A stretch of DNA of 64,000 nucleotides, taken from Verrucomicrobiota bacterium. GTDB taxonomy: Bacteria; Verrucomicrobiota; Verrucomicrobiia; Limisphaerales; AAA164-E04. The translations under genes and the position numbers were made by a program. The stretch is from contig CP170459.1 of assembly GCA_047947115.1 (NCBI GenBank), forward strand, positions 3,872,001 to 3,936,000, written 5' to 3'. Within the stretch, counting starts at the first letter, position 1; the number at the start of each line of letters is the position of its first letter. Of the stretch, positions 10,537 to 20,887 are shown one piece after another. The notes under the pieces were generated by a model that worked only from the letters and a program-made list of their open reading frames with translations, had not been told where the DNA came from and ran no database searches.

Positions 10537-10617
10537 TTGACAAAATTAAAAATGATGTTTAGTCAATCTAGGAGTAGGGTTGCAAATAGTCCAATGATCC
10601 AGTTCTAAACTGGATCA
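10537..10617. promoter_or_regulatory. Putative divergent promoter/operator region
   Basis: TTGACAAAA...TTTAGTCAA inverted pair (10537-10566) and perfect 10-bp inverted repeat TGATCCAGTT-cta-AACTGGATCA (10595-10617), between divergent genes. Confidence 0.4.
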
Positions 10618-10636
10618 AGAGAAGCTTTCCGGTTCA

Positions 10637-10894
10637 GTGACAGTGACCAAACATCAAAAAATTACCATGGAAAAACAAAGTAATTCGGAACAAAACACCC
10701 AACCATTATCATTCAAGAAAGTCGATACACCATTTGCTGTTGCAGCCTTTGCGAGCTTGGTCGGCAGTGTTTTTCTGTGGTTTGTAGTAGATCGAGGCCC
10801 CGGCCTTTTCGTTGGAATGTGGGTACCAAGCATTGTAGGATTGTGGTGCGTGGTCCGCCTAATTCTCCTCACCAACATCATACGTAACCAATAA
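10637..10894 (+). CDS. Small two-TM membrane protein
   Basis: Two hydrophobic segments and a GLFVGMWVPSI motif. The start may be the ATG near 10667. Confidence 0.65.
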   Translation: MTVTKHQKITMEKQSNSEQNTQPLSFKKVDTPFAVAAFASLVGSVFLWFVVDRGPGLFVGMWVPSIVGLWCVVRLILLTNIIRNQ

Positions 10895-10903
10895 TTTAAG
10901 CAA

Positions 10904-11020
10904 ATGACACTTTTCCCTGTTTTTGCGTTCGGACTTGTAATAACTGGCATCGTCATCAAGGGTATTCTGAACGCTAGACTAATGTACAGAGACGGAGAAG
11001 ATATACGAAATAATCGCTGA
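10904..11020 (+). CDS. 38-aa single-TM small protein
   Basis: MTLFPVFAFGLVITGIVIKGILNARLMYRDGEDIRNNR*, 9 nt after the previous stop. Below the ORF-track cutoff. Confidence 0.5.
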   Translation: MTLFPVFAFGLVITGIVIKGILNARLMYRDGEDIRNNR

Positions 11021-11544
11021 CTAGGCCGATCGGAATGGCAAGATCTAACAAGTGTCTTGGGGATAAAAACTGTGGTCGTGAAGCATCAAAATTTACTCCA
11101 CAACACAGCACCGTGGTCCATGACTTCATACATGAAGGCTGGTTGACTGTTCCTGTTCTAATTTTGCGTGTTCGTTAGTATCATAATTATCTTTGGGATC
11201 GAATTATGAAACCTCAAAACTTATGGTTTCCTCAGGCGTTGTCATAGCTGTTACTGCCACGTCCAGATTGTTAGCAGATCCTGCGAAAATGCTATTTCAA
11301 ATCAAGGCATATAGGGACGGTATCACACATCAAAGCATTTGGTCACGAAGCTTCATGCGGGCGGACACTTCGAAGCCTTTGGAGAATGACACAGATATCT
11401 TCGGCCACCAGGATTCATATTGCCGGCCGTCGACTTTCTGGCCCAAGTTGAGTGATAAGTTAGGGTGATCATATCACGCCGGGGCGGTGGTGCAAGATTC
11501 TTCCGGAATGGAGGCCGTAGCCGTAACGCAGGAAGAATCTTGGC

Positions 11545-12388
11545 TCAGTTCGAATGATTCTTGGCAAACTCCACTGGGGTCTGCATCCCGAGACTTCTAT
11601 GCTGACAAACTTGGTTATACTTCCACTTCCAATCCTTCACCACTACTCGACATTCACTCATTGTGTAGAATATTTCTCGCCCCAGGCATTCCCTTCGGAA
11701 CTTGTCATGGAAACTCTCCACATACCCATTCTGTCATGGACTACCTGGTTCGATGTAGAGCGTTTTAATGTCGCGTTCTTCGAGCCACTGACTCAAGGAC
11801 CGGCCGATGAATTCCGGTCCATTATCTGACCGGACAAAGTCGGGCGAGCCGTGTTCAGCGATCAATTTCTCCATCAGTGCTTGAACCGTCTTTGAACCTA
11901 TGTGACGGGCTACGTGTAGACAATGAGCTTGCCTTGTGTATTCATCAACGACACTCAAGATACGGCAACTACTTCCCTTGAGAGTCCAGTCATGGATAAA
12001 ATCCCATGTCCAAACATGTCCTGGATATGATGCCTTTTGAGGATGGCGCCCCGTAGATTGCCCCAATCGCCGCTGCTTCTTCTTAGGTGGAGGAACGACC
12101 AGCCCCTCTTGGCGTCGAACTTGCCGGACTCGATCATTGCTGACACGCAACTTCTTGTTGCGCACCAGTCGTCCGATTTTCTCAGCCACCCATTCCGGAT
12201 ACTCGTGACTGAGCCTGACGACGGCTTGTTCCACGACACATCGGTATGGGGATGGGAATTTAGCTTCATAGCGGAAGGTGGATCGGTTCAGTTCAAAGAA
12301 GCGGCAAACTTGCCGCTGTGAACATCCAATCTCCTTATGAACCTGCTTGGCCAGGTCGCGACGATGAGCGGGGCTTAGAGCTTTTTTT
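11545..12388 (-). pseudogene. IS3 OrfB integrase core with a nonsense mutation
   Basis: WTWDF, VVDEYTR, RSDNGPEF. In conserved PGSP-W-QNGYVESFH the W codon is TGA (11734-11736); the frame continues to the stop at 11545. Confidence 0.85.
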
Positions 12389-12644
12389 CGAGTGTCTCTT
12401 TGAGGACTTTGATCCCGAGCATAGCTTCCGCATACATTTTTTTGAGCTCGGCATTCTCTTTTTCCAGTGCCTTTAACCGCTTGGCGTCGGCTTCGATCAT
12501 GAGGCCATACTTTTTGCGCCATCGATGGAGAGTGGCAATGGAGACCTGCTTCTGTCGGCAAAATGCCTCTTGGTTGAGATCGCTGCTATCGCATTCGCGC
12601 AACAGGCGAATGATTTCTTCTGGCTTATGTCTTTTTTGCTTCAT
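12375..12644 (-). CDS. IS3 OrfA (HTH) with an A7G -1 frameshift site at 12381-12388
   Basis: MKQKRHKPEEIIRLLRE...TLHRWRKKYG...AKRLKALEKEN, ending in GAAAAAAAG CTC TAA. Confidence 0.9.
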   Translation of the reverse strand: MKQKRHKPEEIIRLLRECDSSDLNQEAFCRQKQVSIATLHRWRKKYGLMIEADAKRLKALEKENAELKKMYAEAMLGIKVLKETLEKKL

Positions 12645-12712
12645 TGTGAGTCGTTTTGGTTATTCAAAACTTCTCACTCGTTTTGGGCCAGTTTTTCAGG
12701 CGGCGGCCACTA

Positions 12713-15700
12713 TCAGGGGGCCTGATACAATAATCTCCAAAACTGCGTTTCCTGTGATTGCCTCACAAAAATGCTCATTGGCCCTGAGCTTTGGTTGGTA
12801 ATGAATTGGTAATCCTGCCAGTTGGTTAAATCATTAGAGTATTGGAGGATGTAGTTCCTGTTATCTTCCACTTGGAATTCAAGTTCAATCGCCCTGTGGA
12901 TGGTAAGGGGAGCACTTCCATTTTGATCCGGATCTGGGTCTGGATCTGGGTCTGGGGCAACTGCAGCGGACAAGTTAATGGTGTACAAATTGTGATTTGG
13001 GATTTCACCAAAGCGCAAACCACTGCTTTCAGCTGTGTCGTATCTAGAAAAGACCAGTTGATTGCCATCGGGAGACCAACTTGGATCCGCCTCACGTAAG
13101 GCATCATTGGTGAGTATCACTTCAATTTCCTGTTCGATGTGATAGAAGGCCAGATCCACTTGTTTGTTGCCCCCTGATTCGTGAACGAATGCGATGGACG
13201 AGTCGTCTGGGCTTATCTCCGGTGAGCGATTGATGGCACCGTTTTGCAAGCCGGATGAAGTCAGTCGTATGGGTTCAACTGAGCCATCGATTTGTCTCAT
13301 GAATAAATCGACTCCTTTGCCACTTGGTTCAGGCAGCACGAACCATGTTCCATCCGAATTGATGGAGCCACCCATGTGATGAATAAAATCTGGACTTCGT
13401 GATTGGAGGGCTATGTGAACATAACCGAATGCATCGGCCATGCGTCCATTCATCTCGCCGAAGGGAGCTGAGCGGATGCTGATGTTTTCTTGTCCATAAC
13501 GGGATCCAAATCGCCAAAGAAAGGTTGATTTGTCCCGACTCAAGGCAAACATCAAACCTCCTCCCCCTCCGTTAATGACGGCCAGGGAGCGAAAATCAGT
13601 CTGGCTGATATCTACTGCCTGGTCTGATTCCTTCCATTTAATTTCGATGTATTCATGCAGGCCGACTCGCTCCTCAGTCAGGATTTCTTCCCCAGTTCCC
13701 GACCAAGTAGGGTGATGTGCCACCCCATATCGACTGTTTGCACCGGTAATGATAAGGCGTTCGTCATGCCCCTCGGCTTCGACTAAACCAATATTCCACA
13801 CATCAGGGCTATTGGATGGTGGTCGGTTGGAAGCATAGATGATTTGATTTTTGCTCGGGTGCCACGATGGGGTGATTTCATCTGCTGGATCGAAGGTGAT
13901 CCTGACGGGTGTCAGCGCACATTCTTCTGCCGAGAGAACCGACTGTGCCCTAATTTGGATGAGCTGAGGTAAGGCGTCAAATCCAGTATTGATGCTGATC
14001 AGATTGAAATATTTCCCTATTTCACGTGGTTCAAGGAGTAGCTCGATAAGCAAGATATCACCTTCCTGGTAGCTACCTACTGGATGATTCCTGAAGGTGA
14101 TCTCAGACGAGCCCGCTTCCAGCCCAATTATTTCGACATCTCGGAGTATAGGAATCCGCGCGGAGAAAGGATTGGCTTCATTCAGGACAGCGCAACCAAG
14201 GCCGAAGGCCTGTTGCCCAAAAGGAGATAAGTTGTTAATCCATTGATTTGGGTCAGGTTCGTCATCATTCCAACCCGCTGGAGGAGTCGCCGCTGGATTA
14301 TTCCACATGACATATTCGCTTACTTTTTGTCTACCTTCTAGGTCTGCGTTGGTTTGATTGATTAGACCAAGCCCATCGGTATCAAGCGTATCCAGTGGGC
14401 CGGAAGGATCATCCCAGTAGTTACCCAACGATGCATCCACTACATGTTTGGTTGCGTTGTAGATGCCGTACTGTTTGTTGTCAGAAAAAGCGGAATAATA
14501 GATTGCCATCAAAGGACCTGAGGACGCGTTTGCATAAACCCCATATTCATTACCAGTGAACAAACTGTTTGTGATGGTGACGCCCACCTCTCCAGCGGAA
14601 TTTTGTACCCTAACCCCAGTTTGGCGAGAGTTCGTAAAAACGCAGCTATCTATGATGGCTGGTCCACCGTTAACAAAAAGCATGGCATAGTTGTAATTGA
14701 TTGACCCTCCTCCTCCTGAAAAAAGACAATGACTGAATTGGCTGGTTGCTTCGGTGGATCTGAGCACAACAGCTCCCCATGAAGTTTCATTTTCGTGGCG
14801 AACAAATTCAATGGGTTGATCTGGAGTGCCCACAGCCTGTATGCTTCCATTACTCGCCTGAATGTAACCGCTATAGCCCAATTCAAGACGGCAGCCTGGG
14901 GAGACAGTCAGTTTAGCATTCCCCTGAAGCGATATAGTTTGGTTGAGGTGATAAGGCAAACCATCCGCATCAAAGGTGATGTTTTTATTAACCTCCCCAG
15001 CACCCACTGAAATTGCGTTGATGCCGTTGCCCTCAGCTGTGTTATGATGATGGACTGGATCTGATTCAGGTGTCATGCGGATCGCTGGACCCTGATTGTC
15101 AATAAAATCACATTGAGTAATCTCAGGATCGCAATTCCGTATATAAATACCCGGTCCAGAGCTTCCTCTAAATGTACAGTGAAAGAATTCGGCGGAAGAT
15201 TCATAAAGAGCCAGCATGGCATAGTTGTAATTGATTGACCCTCCTCCTCCTGAAAAAAGACAATGACTGAATTGGCTGGTTGCTTCGGTGGATCTGAGCA
15301 CAACAGCTCCCCATGAAGTTTCATTTTCGTGGCGAACAAATTCAATGGGTTGCTCTGGAGTGCCCAAAGCCTTTATGCCTCCATTACTCGCCTGAATGTA
15401 ACCGCTATAGCCCAATTCAAGACGGCAGCCTGGGGAGACAGTCAGTTTAGCATTCCCCTGAAGCGATATAGTTTGGTTGAGGTGATAAGGCAAACCATCC
15501 GCATCAAAGGTGATGTTTTTATTAACCTCCCCAGCACCCACTGAAATTGCGTTGATGCCGTTGCCCTCAGCTGTGTTATGATGATGGACTGGATCTGATT
15601 CAGGTGTCATGCGGATCGCTGGACCCTGATTGTCAATAAAATCACATTGAGTAATCTCAGGATCGCAATTCCGTATATAAATACCCGGTCCAGAGCTTCC

Positions 15701-16675
15701 TCTAAATGTACAGTGAAAGAATTCGGCGGAAGATTCATAAAGAGCCAGCATGGCATAGTTGTAATTGATTGACCCTCCTCCTCCTGAAAAAAGACAATGA
15801 CTGAATTGGCTGGTTGCTTCGGTGGATCTGAGCACAACAGCTCCCCATGAAGTTTCATTTTCGTGGCGAACAAATTCAATGGGTTGCTCTGGAGTGCCCA
15901 AAGCCTTTATGCCTCCATTACTCGCCTGAATGTAACCGCTATAGCCCAATTCAAGACGGCAGCCTGGGGAGACAGTCAGTTTAGCATTCCCCTGAAGCGA
16001 TATAGAATTGTTGAGGTGATAAGGCAAACCATCCGCATCAAAGGTGATGTTTTTATTAACCTCCCCAGCACCCACTGAAATTGCGTTGATGCCGTTGCCC
16101 TCAGCTGTGTTATGATGATGGACTGGATCTGATTCAGGTGTCATCAGGATCGCTGGACCCTGATTGTCAATGAAATCACATTGAGTAATCTCAGGATCGC
16201 AATTCCGTATATGAATACCCGGTCCTCGGCTCCCTTTAAATGTGCACTGAGAGAATTCGGCGGAAGATTCATAAAGAGCCAGCATGGCATAGCCGTAATT
16301 TATTTGCCTTCCCCCTCCTGAAAAAAGACAATGGCTGAATTGGCTGGTTGCTTCGGTAGATCTGAGCACGACAGCTCCCCAAGCTTCATTTCTGGCGTCT
16401 GGAACAAATTTAATGGGTTGCTCTGGAGTTCCTAATGCCGTGATCTGACCACGTATGTCGAGATTTCCAAAAACGCCGAGATAAATAATGGAGCCCGGCT
16501 CAATGATGACTTTTTGATGCTCTTCAATGGTAAGATTGTCATCAACCCATACGCTGCCCCTGATTCGATACGTTGAGGTGTTAGGGTCTGCAATCCATTT
16601 TTCCTGGGCTTGGAGGGACAGATGCCCAAATAAGTAAATCAGGCACATCATGAATAGACGATTTAAGGTTCTCAT
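12713..16675 (-). CDS. Large secreted protein: tandem 178-aa right-handed beta-helix repeats, TolB/PD40 propeller, PD linker, C-terminal FYR-like module
   Basis: Signal peptide ending LSLQA. Repeats with WGAVVLRS...FSHCLFSGGG. PD40 motifs PSWHPS, PEISPD, PSWSPDG. PDPDPDPDPD linker. Start chosen at ATG 16675; the ORF is open to 16858. Confidence 0.85.
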   Translation of the reverse strand: MRTLNRLFMMCLIYLFGHLSLQAQEKWIADPNTSTYRIRGSVWVDDNLTIEEHQKVIIEPGSIIYLGVFGNLDIRGQITALGTPEQPIKFVPDARNEAWGAVVLRSTEATSQFSHCLFSGGGRQINYGYAMLALYESSAEFSQCTFKGSRGPGIHIRNCDPEITQCDFIDNQGPAILMTPESDPVHHHNTAEGNGINAISVGAGEVNKNITFDADGLPYHLNNSISLQGNAKLTVSPGCRLELGYSGYIQASNGGIKALGTPEQPIEFVRHENETSWGAVVLRSTEATSQFSHCLFSGGGGSINYNYAMLALYESSAEFFHCTFRGSSGPGIYIRNCDPEITQCDFIDNQGPAIRMTPESDPVHHHNTAEGNGINAISVGAGEVNKNITFDADGLPYHLNQTISLQGNAKLTVSPGCRLELGYSGYIQASNGGIKALGTPEQPIEFVRHENETSWGAVVLRSTEATSQFSHCLFSGGGGSINYNYAMLALYESSAEFFHCTFRGSSGPGIYIRNCDPEITQCDFIDNQGPAIRMTPESDPVHHHNTAEGNGINAISVGAGEVNKNITFDADGLPYHLNQTISLQGNAKLTVSPGCRLELGYSGYIQASNGSIQAVGTPDQPIEFVRHENETSWGAVVLRSTEATSQFSHCLFSGGGGSINYNYAMLFVNGGPAIIDSCVFTNSRQTGVRVQNSAGEVGVTITNSLFTGNEYGVYANASSGPLMAIYYSAFSDNKQYGIYNATKHVVDASLGNYWDDPSGPLDTLDTDGLGLINQTNADLEGRQKVSEYVMWNNPAATPPAGWNDDEPDPNQWINNLSPFGQQAFGLGCAVLNEANPFSARIPILRDVEIIGLEAGSSEITFRNHPVGSYQEGDILLIELLLEPREIGKYFNLISINTGFDALPQLIQIRAQSVLSAEECALTPVRITFDPADEITPSWHPSKNQIIYASNRPPSNSPDVWNIGLVEAEGHDERLIITGANSRYGVAHHPTWSGTGEEILTEERVGLHEYIEIKWKESDQAVDISQTDFRSLAVINGGGGGLMFALSRDKSTFLWRFGSRYGQENISIRSAPFGEMNGRMADAFGYVHIALQSRSPDFIHHMGGSINSDGTWFVLPEPSGKGVDLFMRQIDGSVEPIRLTSSGLQNGAINRSPEISPDDSSIAFVHESGGNKQVDLAFYHIEQEIEVILTNDALREADPSWSPDGNQLVFSRYDTAESSGLRFGEIPNHNLYTINLSAAVAPDPDPDPDPDQNGSAPLTIHRAIELEFQVEDNRNYILQYSNDLTNWQDYQFITNQSSGPMSIFVRQSQETQFWRLLYQAP
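14680..16440 (-). repeat. Intragenic tandem repeat, 534-bp unit, ~3.3 copies
   Basis: Shadow ORFs recur at 14795/15329/15863 and 15073/15607, period 534. Central copies appear identical by eye. Confidence 0.95.
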
Positions 16676-17148
16676 AAAAAGTGGTGTGGTAGGACGCGAT
16701 TTGTTGCTCCATCCAGTGATAGGCATATTTATGAATAGCTTTTGAAGATCCGTTGTTTCATTTTTCATATTGCTGTTCTGGGTGTTCTTTGGAAGCGACC
16801 TACCAACTGAACTATCTCTCTCAGACCATTTTGTTTGCCAATCACGAAAATGTTGCAAATAAAACGTATCCAGAAAGCGTTTTTAAACAGCACAAGGCGC
16901 ATGGAATGTAAGGTTTAAGAAATAAGTTGCTCGATGTATTTTGTTGACAAAAAGATTAGAAAGAAACTTCCCAAAGGAGATGCTATATAGCATTCAACTA
17001 ATAATTGCTCTTAATTGGATTTATTTGAAAAACCCTGAAAAAGTTAAGGCACACACGATTTTCAGTCAATCATTTCGTCCCATTTCTCGAAGAAACCTCT
17101 GATATATCCATCTGCTTCTAACGCCAGCCCTCGATGACCCTGCTGGAC

Positions 17149-17300
17149 TGCCTGGGACCCCTGAATTAAGTCCACCTTGAGTGATAGGATTTTCCAGTTA
17201 AGAAAGGATAATCCTAATGAAAAAGACACGTAGAACGACCGAACAGATCATCCGCATCCTTCGTGACAGCGAAGGACTGAGTGTGGATGAAGACAGCCTA
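17149..17300 (+). mobile_element. IS3-family left-end remnant with truncated orfA
   Basis: IR-like TG...CCTGAA...GAGTGA, RBS AGAAAGGA, ATG 17217 giving MKKTRRTTEQIIRILRDSEG, similar to the OrfA at 12644. Truncated after ~25 codons. Confidence 0.7.
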
Positions 17301-18098
17301 ATTGCAACCAACGAGTGACAGCGCAATTACGGTCTAATTCTGTAAAAGCGATGTGCGGCACCCTCGTCTAAATCTACCTCTGAAGCCCCACCAGTGGCCA
17401 CAATAACAATCCTCCAGAGTTTCCAAGGACCATCTGGACTGTCAGCCACATCGATAGTCTTAACCTCTCCTGGCACGCCTTTTACGGTTACCACTGGAGC
17501 AAGCCGGATTTCTAACGATTCCTCAGGGCCTGTTAAATCTGTTTCAGGGAATAAAAAGCCGTTAGGCCAGGCTAACTCTAAGCCTATTCTTATAGCTTCA
17601 GATTCAGAGTGGAATCGCTCAGGTATGAGTGCCTGAGTCAAAAAATCGCACCCATAAAATGCCTGCTCTTTTATGGTGGTAGTTCCCTCTGGTGCGCCAG
17701 CTGAGCGCAGATCTCGACAAAAAGCAAAGGCCTGAAAGCCAATTGTATGCACTGTTCGGGGCAATGCCACTGTTTCTAATCCAGTCCGAACGAAAGCAAA
17801 ATTCGATATGGTCGTCACACCGACTGGCAAATTGATAGACTTTAGCTGTTCGCAATTCATAAAACAGCCCTCCGGAACTACGTCAATATCCTCAGGCCAA
17901 TCCACAACAGATAGCTTTCTGCAGCCCACAAACAGCTCAACTCCCAGCTTCGCTCCAGGCGGGATGCTAAAGCTGAGTAATGATTCGCAGTTTTGAAAGG
18001 CTCGCTGACCGATCGTCTTAATTGAGCTAGGAATTTGAATTCCCGTTATCAGGCTGCACCGCTGGAATGCATCCTTGCTTATGGTTGTGACCGGATAA

Positions 18099-19581
18099 GA
18101 GCCCGTTTAATAAGTGCTTGTTTTGAAAAACCGAATAATCCGAATCTCGTCCCGCTTCGATTTCATCAAGCTGCATAATAAAATGGTGGAAATCAGTAAA
18201 AGGACGGCGGGAGCCATATTTATCGCCCCCTGAGTCATCCATTCGCCAAAAATTATGACAAAAGCAGCCGCCAAAGCGGTAGCGAGGCTCGCTTCCCAGT
18301 TTCTTGGCTTGGCGAGGCCAAAGATTTTACGCATCAGCAATCCTAGGTTGAATGCTGCGCACTTCAGTGTGTGAATCTTGGTGACATTTTCCATTCCCTG
18401 GAGCCAGGTTCGACGTCCAGCTCCTGTTTCGCACACATGAGCAAATGTTCGCTCCACAAGTTCGCTTCGTTTTCGACTCAGTCGCTTACCCTTGACACTC
18501 CGAACTCTTCGTCGATTACCACGGAATGCGTGTTCGTAGCATTCCGGTTTGTCCACCCACTTACGCTTCTTTTGCTTCTTCTCTGGTATGTATGTGCGGA
18601 TACCCCACTGCGTGAGCCGTTCCAACAATGCGTTGCTGTGATATCCCTTGTCCATCACCGCCTCTTCAACGGTCCTTTCTGATTCGATTAATTGTAGATT
18701 GGCTTCAGCCAAGATGAGGCTCTCAGGCCTCTTGGTTGTATCGCCTTGATCTGCATGTGTGAAATGACAAGAAACAATTGCCTCGGTTTCCAAGTCCACC
18801 GAATGTTCAGCCTTATATGCAAGATGTGTGCGCCCATCTTTCATCTTGGTAATGCGGCTGTCCGGATCTGACTTGCTTTGCCATTCTTTGTTGGAAACTT
18901 TCTTCCCCTTACGCCCTCGGTCGATGCGCTGAATATCTTCATCACTCGGATTTTCAATACCTTCTTCTTTGGCCAGTTCACGAAGGTATTCTTTCCAATC
19001 CTCACCCGTGCCTTTGCGCACGATGCTACGCATGGCTGCATTGGCTTCCAGGGTGGTGGCATCAACACCAAGAGTTTTTCCCTTCAAAAGCTTTTTCTCA
19101 TTGAGTTGTTCAAGGACAAAAAGGAAAACCTTGTGAAACACATCATCGGACAAGCGTTGACGGAAAATTGTCATCGATGCGTGAACAGGAGTTTTCTCCG
19201 TCAAACTGATACCGAGAAATTCACGCAGGCAAAGGCTGTCATGACATCTCCATGCGATACCTCGTTGACTGTTGAGCCCTTCAAAATATCCGATGAAAAT
19301 CATTCGGAAATAAATTCCGGGCGCAATACCTGGCCGACCAAAATTCTTGTAAAACGGGGCGCACAACTCTTCAACATAAGCATCAAATCCGCACTCATCG
19401 AAAACCTGATTGAGTTTGGAGTAAAACGGATGAGCCGGCGTTTTGGGAATCTGATTGGAGGCAATGAACAGTTCTTGCTGTTTCGTTTTCCGTTTGCCAA
19501 GTGCCATGGCAAAGACTTTACTTGATCATGTGATCAATCACGATTCTTTTCGTGAAGAATTGTGACTTTTTTAACGGGCTG
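18099..19581 (-). mobile_element. IS1182/IS5-like insertion sequence, complete
   Basis: IRs AGCCCGTTTAATAAGT and AGCCCGTTAAAAAAGT. Target duplication ATAA at 18095-18098 and 19582-19585. Confidence 0.9.
18107..19507 (-). CDS. DDE transposase (DUF772-type N-terminus, IS1182-like)
   Basis: GRPGIAP, VDATTLEANA, SDPDSRI, MDKGY, RSELVERTFAH. The stop codon lies inside the IR. Confidence 0.9.
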   Translation of the reverse strand: MALGKRKTKQQELFIASNQIPKTPAHPFYSKLNQVFDECGFDAYVEELCAPFYKNFGRPGIAPGIYFRMIFIGYFEGLNSQRGIAWRCHDSLCLREFLGISLTEKTPVHASMTIFRQRLSDDVFHKVFLFVLEQLNEKKLLKGKTLGVDATTLEANAAMRSIVRKGTGEDWKEYLRELAKEEGIENPSDEDIQRIDRGRKGKKVSNKEWQSKSDPDSRITKMKDGRTHLAYKAEHSVDLETEAIVSCHFTHADQGDTTKRPESLILAEANLQLIESERTVEEAVMDKGYHSNALLERLTQWGIRTYIPEKKQKKRKWVDKPECYEHAFRGNRRRVRSVKGKRLSRKRSELVERTFAHVCETGAGRRTWLQGMENVTKIHTLKCAAFNLGLLMRKIFGLAKPRNWEASLATALAAAFVIIFGEWMTQGAINMAPAVLLLISTILLCSLMKSKRDEIRIIRFFKTSTY

Positions 19582-19797
19582 ATAACCGTCAATTTCCGAT
19601 GGAACAACTACGTTGCCGCGGGCTGATCGATCACAGCCCTGTATGTGGGCCTCCAGTTGCGTTATCGTGTAGGACAGAGCCCCATACTGCTGAGACTGTG
19701 CGGTAACTTGTGAGCAAAGCACCAAAGACATCACCCCCATAGCAAATGTAACATCGGATTCATCACTGGATTTACTATCATAATAGTCAACGCAAAC

Positions 19798-20841
19798 TCA
19801 GTCCCTCACCCTGTAGAAGCGCTTGTGTGCCTGTCCATCCAGATCAGTGATGGCCACACCTGAAGCAGTGGCAGTGACATCCATCCAGAACCGCCAAGGA
19901 CCATCTGGGCTGTCAGCCACATCGATGGTCTTCACAGAGCCTTCCTCACCCTGAACCATGATCACTGGGGCCATGCGGATGGAGGGCTGAATCGGGATCA
20001 GTGGATGTTCTGCAGATAGGCCTGATGGGTTAGGTCCCCAGTTGCCGTCCAAATAGAGTGCTAGGCAATTTTGACCGCCAATCTCGATAGCATTTTTGCC
20101 TGAGGTAAATTCTTCAGGAATGCGAACGGACCTCAGTTCATAACAATGGGCAAAAGCGTCAAAACCGATAACTGACACCCCGTCTTCTATGGTTACAGCC
20201 ACCAAATTTGGGCATTCGTCAAAAGCACCGACGCCTATCTCCGTTACCGTTCCTGGGATAGTAACTGATGCCAACCAAGATCTCCAAAAGGCCTCACCCA
20301 CAATCGTCGTCACACTACTCGGAATCGTTACAGACTCCAGAAATGGGCAATCGGCAAAGGCTCGGTGGCCAATTGAGACAACACCCTCAGGTATGACTAC
20401 AGACTCAAGTCTCGCCATTTGGAATGCCATCTGCTCGATGACTCGCAACGAACTCGGCAATCTCATTGAGCGAACACCACACGACTGAAATGCCTGCAGT
20501 CCAATGGTATGAACACTGTCTGGAATCGTTACAGACCTCAGAGAAAGTGAATAAGCAAATGCGGATTGCCCAATAGTAGTTAGCGTTTCGGGCAAAATAA
20601 CGCTCGTTAACAGGGGATTTGTGCGCCTGAAAGCAGATACTCCAATTGTAGTCACTGGAAACCCCTCAATCTCTGAAGGGACCACTAGCTCGCCCTCAGG
20701 CTCCTGCGAGCAATTGGTGATCGTCACCTCACCATCAGAAATACTGTAAGTCAGGCCACCGAGTGTGCCAGCACGGACGCTGGAGCTAAGAACTGAAAGA
20801 ACCAATACCAACCAGATGGAATGCATTACGGGCTTTTTCAT
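19798..20841 (-). CDS. BspA-type (LRR_5) leucine-rich repeat surface protein
   Basis: Signal peptide. Repeats L.SVTIP.SV.TIG..AF. C-terminal ...DVADSPDGPW...RFYRVRD. Confidence 0.92.
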   Translation of the reverse strand: MKKPVMHSIWLVLVLSVLSSSVRAGTLGGLTYSISDGEVTITNCSQEPEGELVVPSEIEGFPVTTIGVSAFRRTNPLLTSVILPETLTTIGQSAFAYSLSLRSVTIPDSVHTIGLQAFQSCGVRSMRLPSSLRVIEQMAFQMARLESVVIPEGVVSIGHRAFADCPFLESVTIPSSVTTIVGEAFWRSWLASVTIPGTVTEIGVGAFDECPNLVAVTIEDGVSVIGFDAFAHCYELRSVRIPEEFTSGKNAIEIGGQNCLALYLDGNWGPNPSGLSAEHPLIPIQPSIRMAPVIMVQGEEGSVKTIDVADSPDGPWRFWMDVTATASGVAITDLDGQAHKRFYRVRD

Positions 20842-20887
20842 GATGGCCGAGTTTTACCACAGGTGATGCTGAAAACTCAACACTGAG

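Larger units (their letters stand above)
11421..12709 (-). mobile_element. IS3-family insertion sequence (inactivated)
   Basis: Imperfect terminal IRs sharing TG...CTGGCCCAA..GAGTGA at 11421 and 12709; orfA/orfB layout. No clean target duplication seen. Confidence 0.85.
17327..19740 (-). pseudogene. BspA-type leucine-rich repeat surface protein split by an IS
   Basis: Removing 18099-19581 plus one ATAA copy restores in-frame EIDGY|PVTTISKDAFQRCSLITGIQIPSSIKTIGQRAFQNC..., matching EIEGFPVTTIG in the paralog. Ends in RFYRIRP. Confidence 0.9.

Noticed and set aside
14680..16440. Repeats as a CRISPR array or DGR template/variable pair
   Set aside because: The unit is 534 bp, in frame and has no spacers. 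There is no cas or reverse transcriptase gene, and no evident adenine-specific mismatch pattern.
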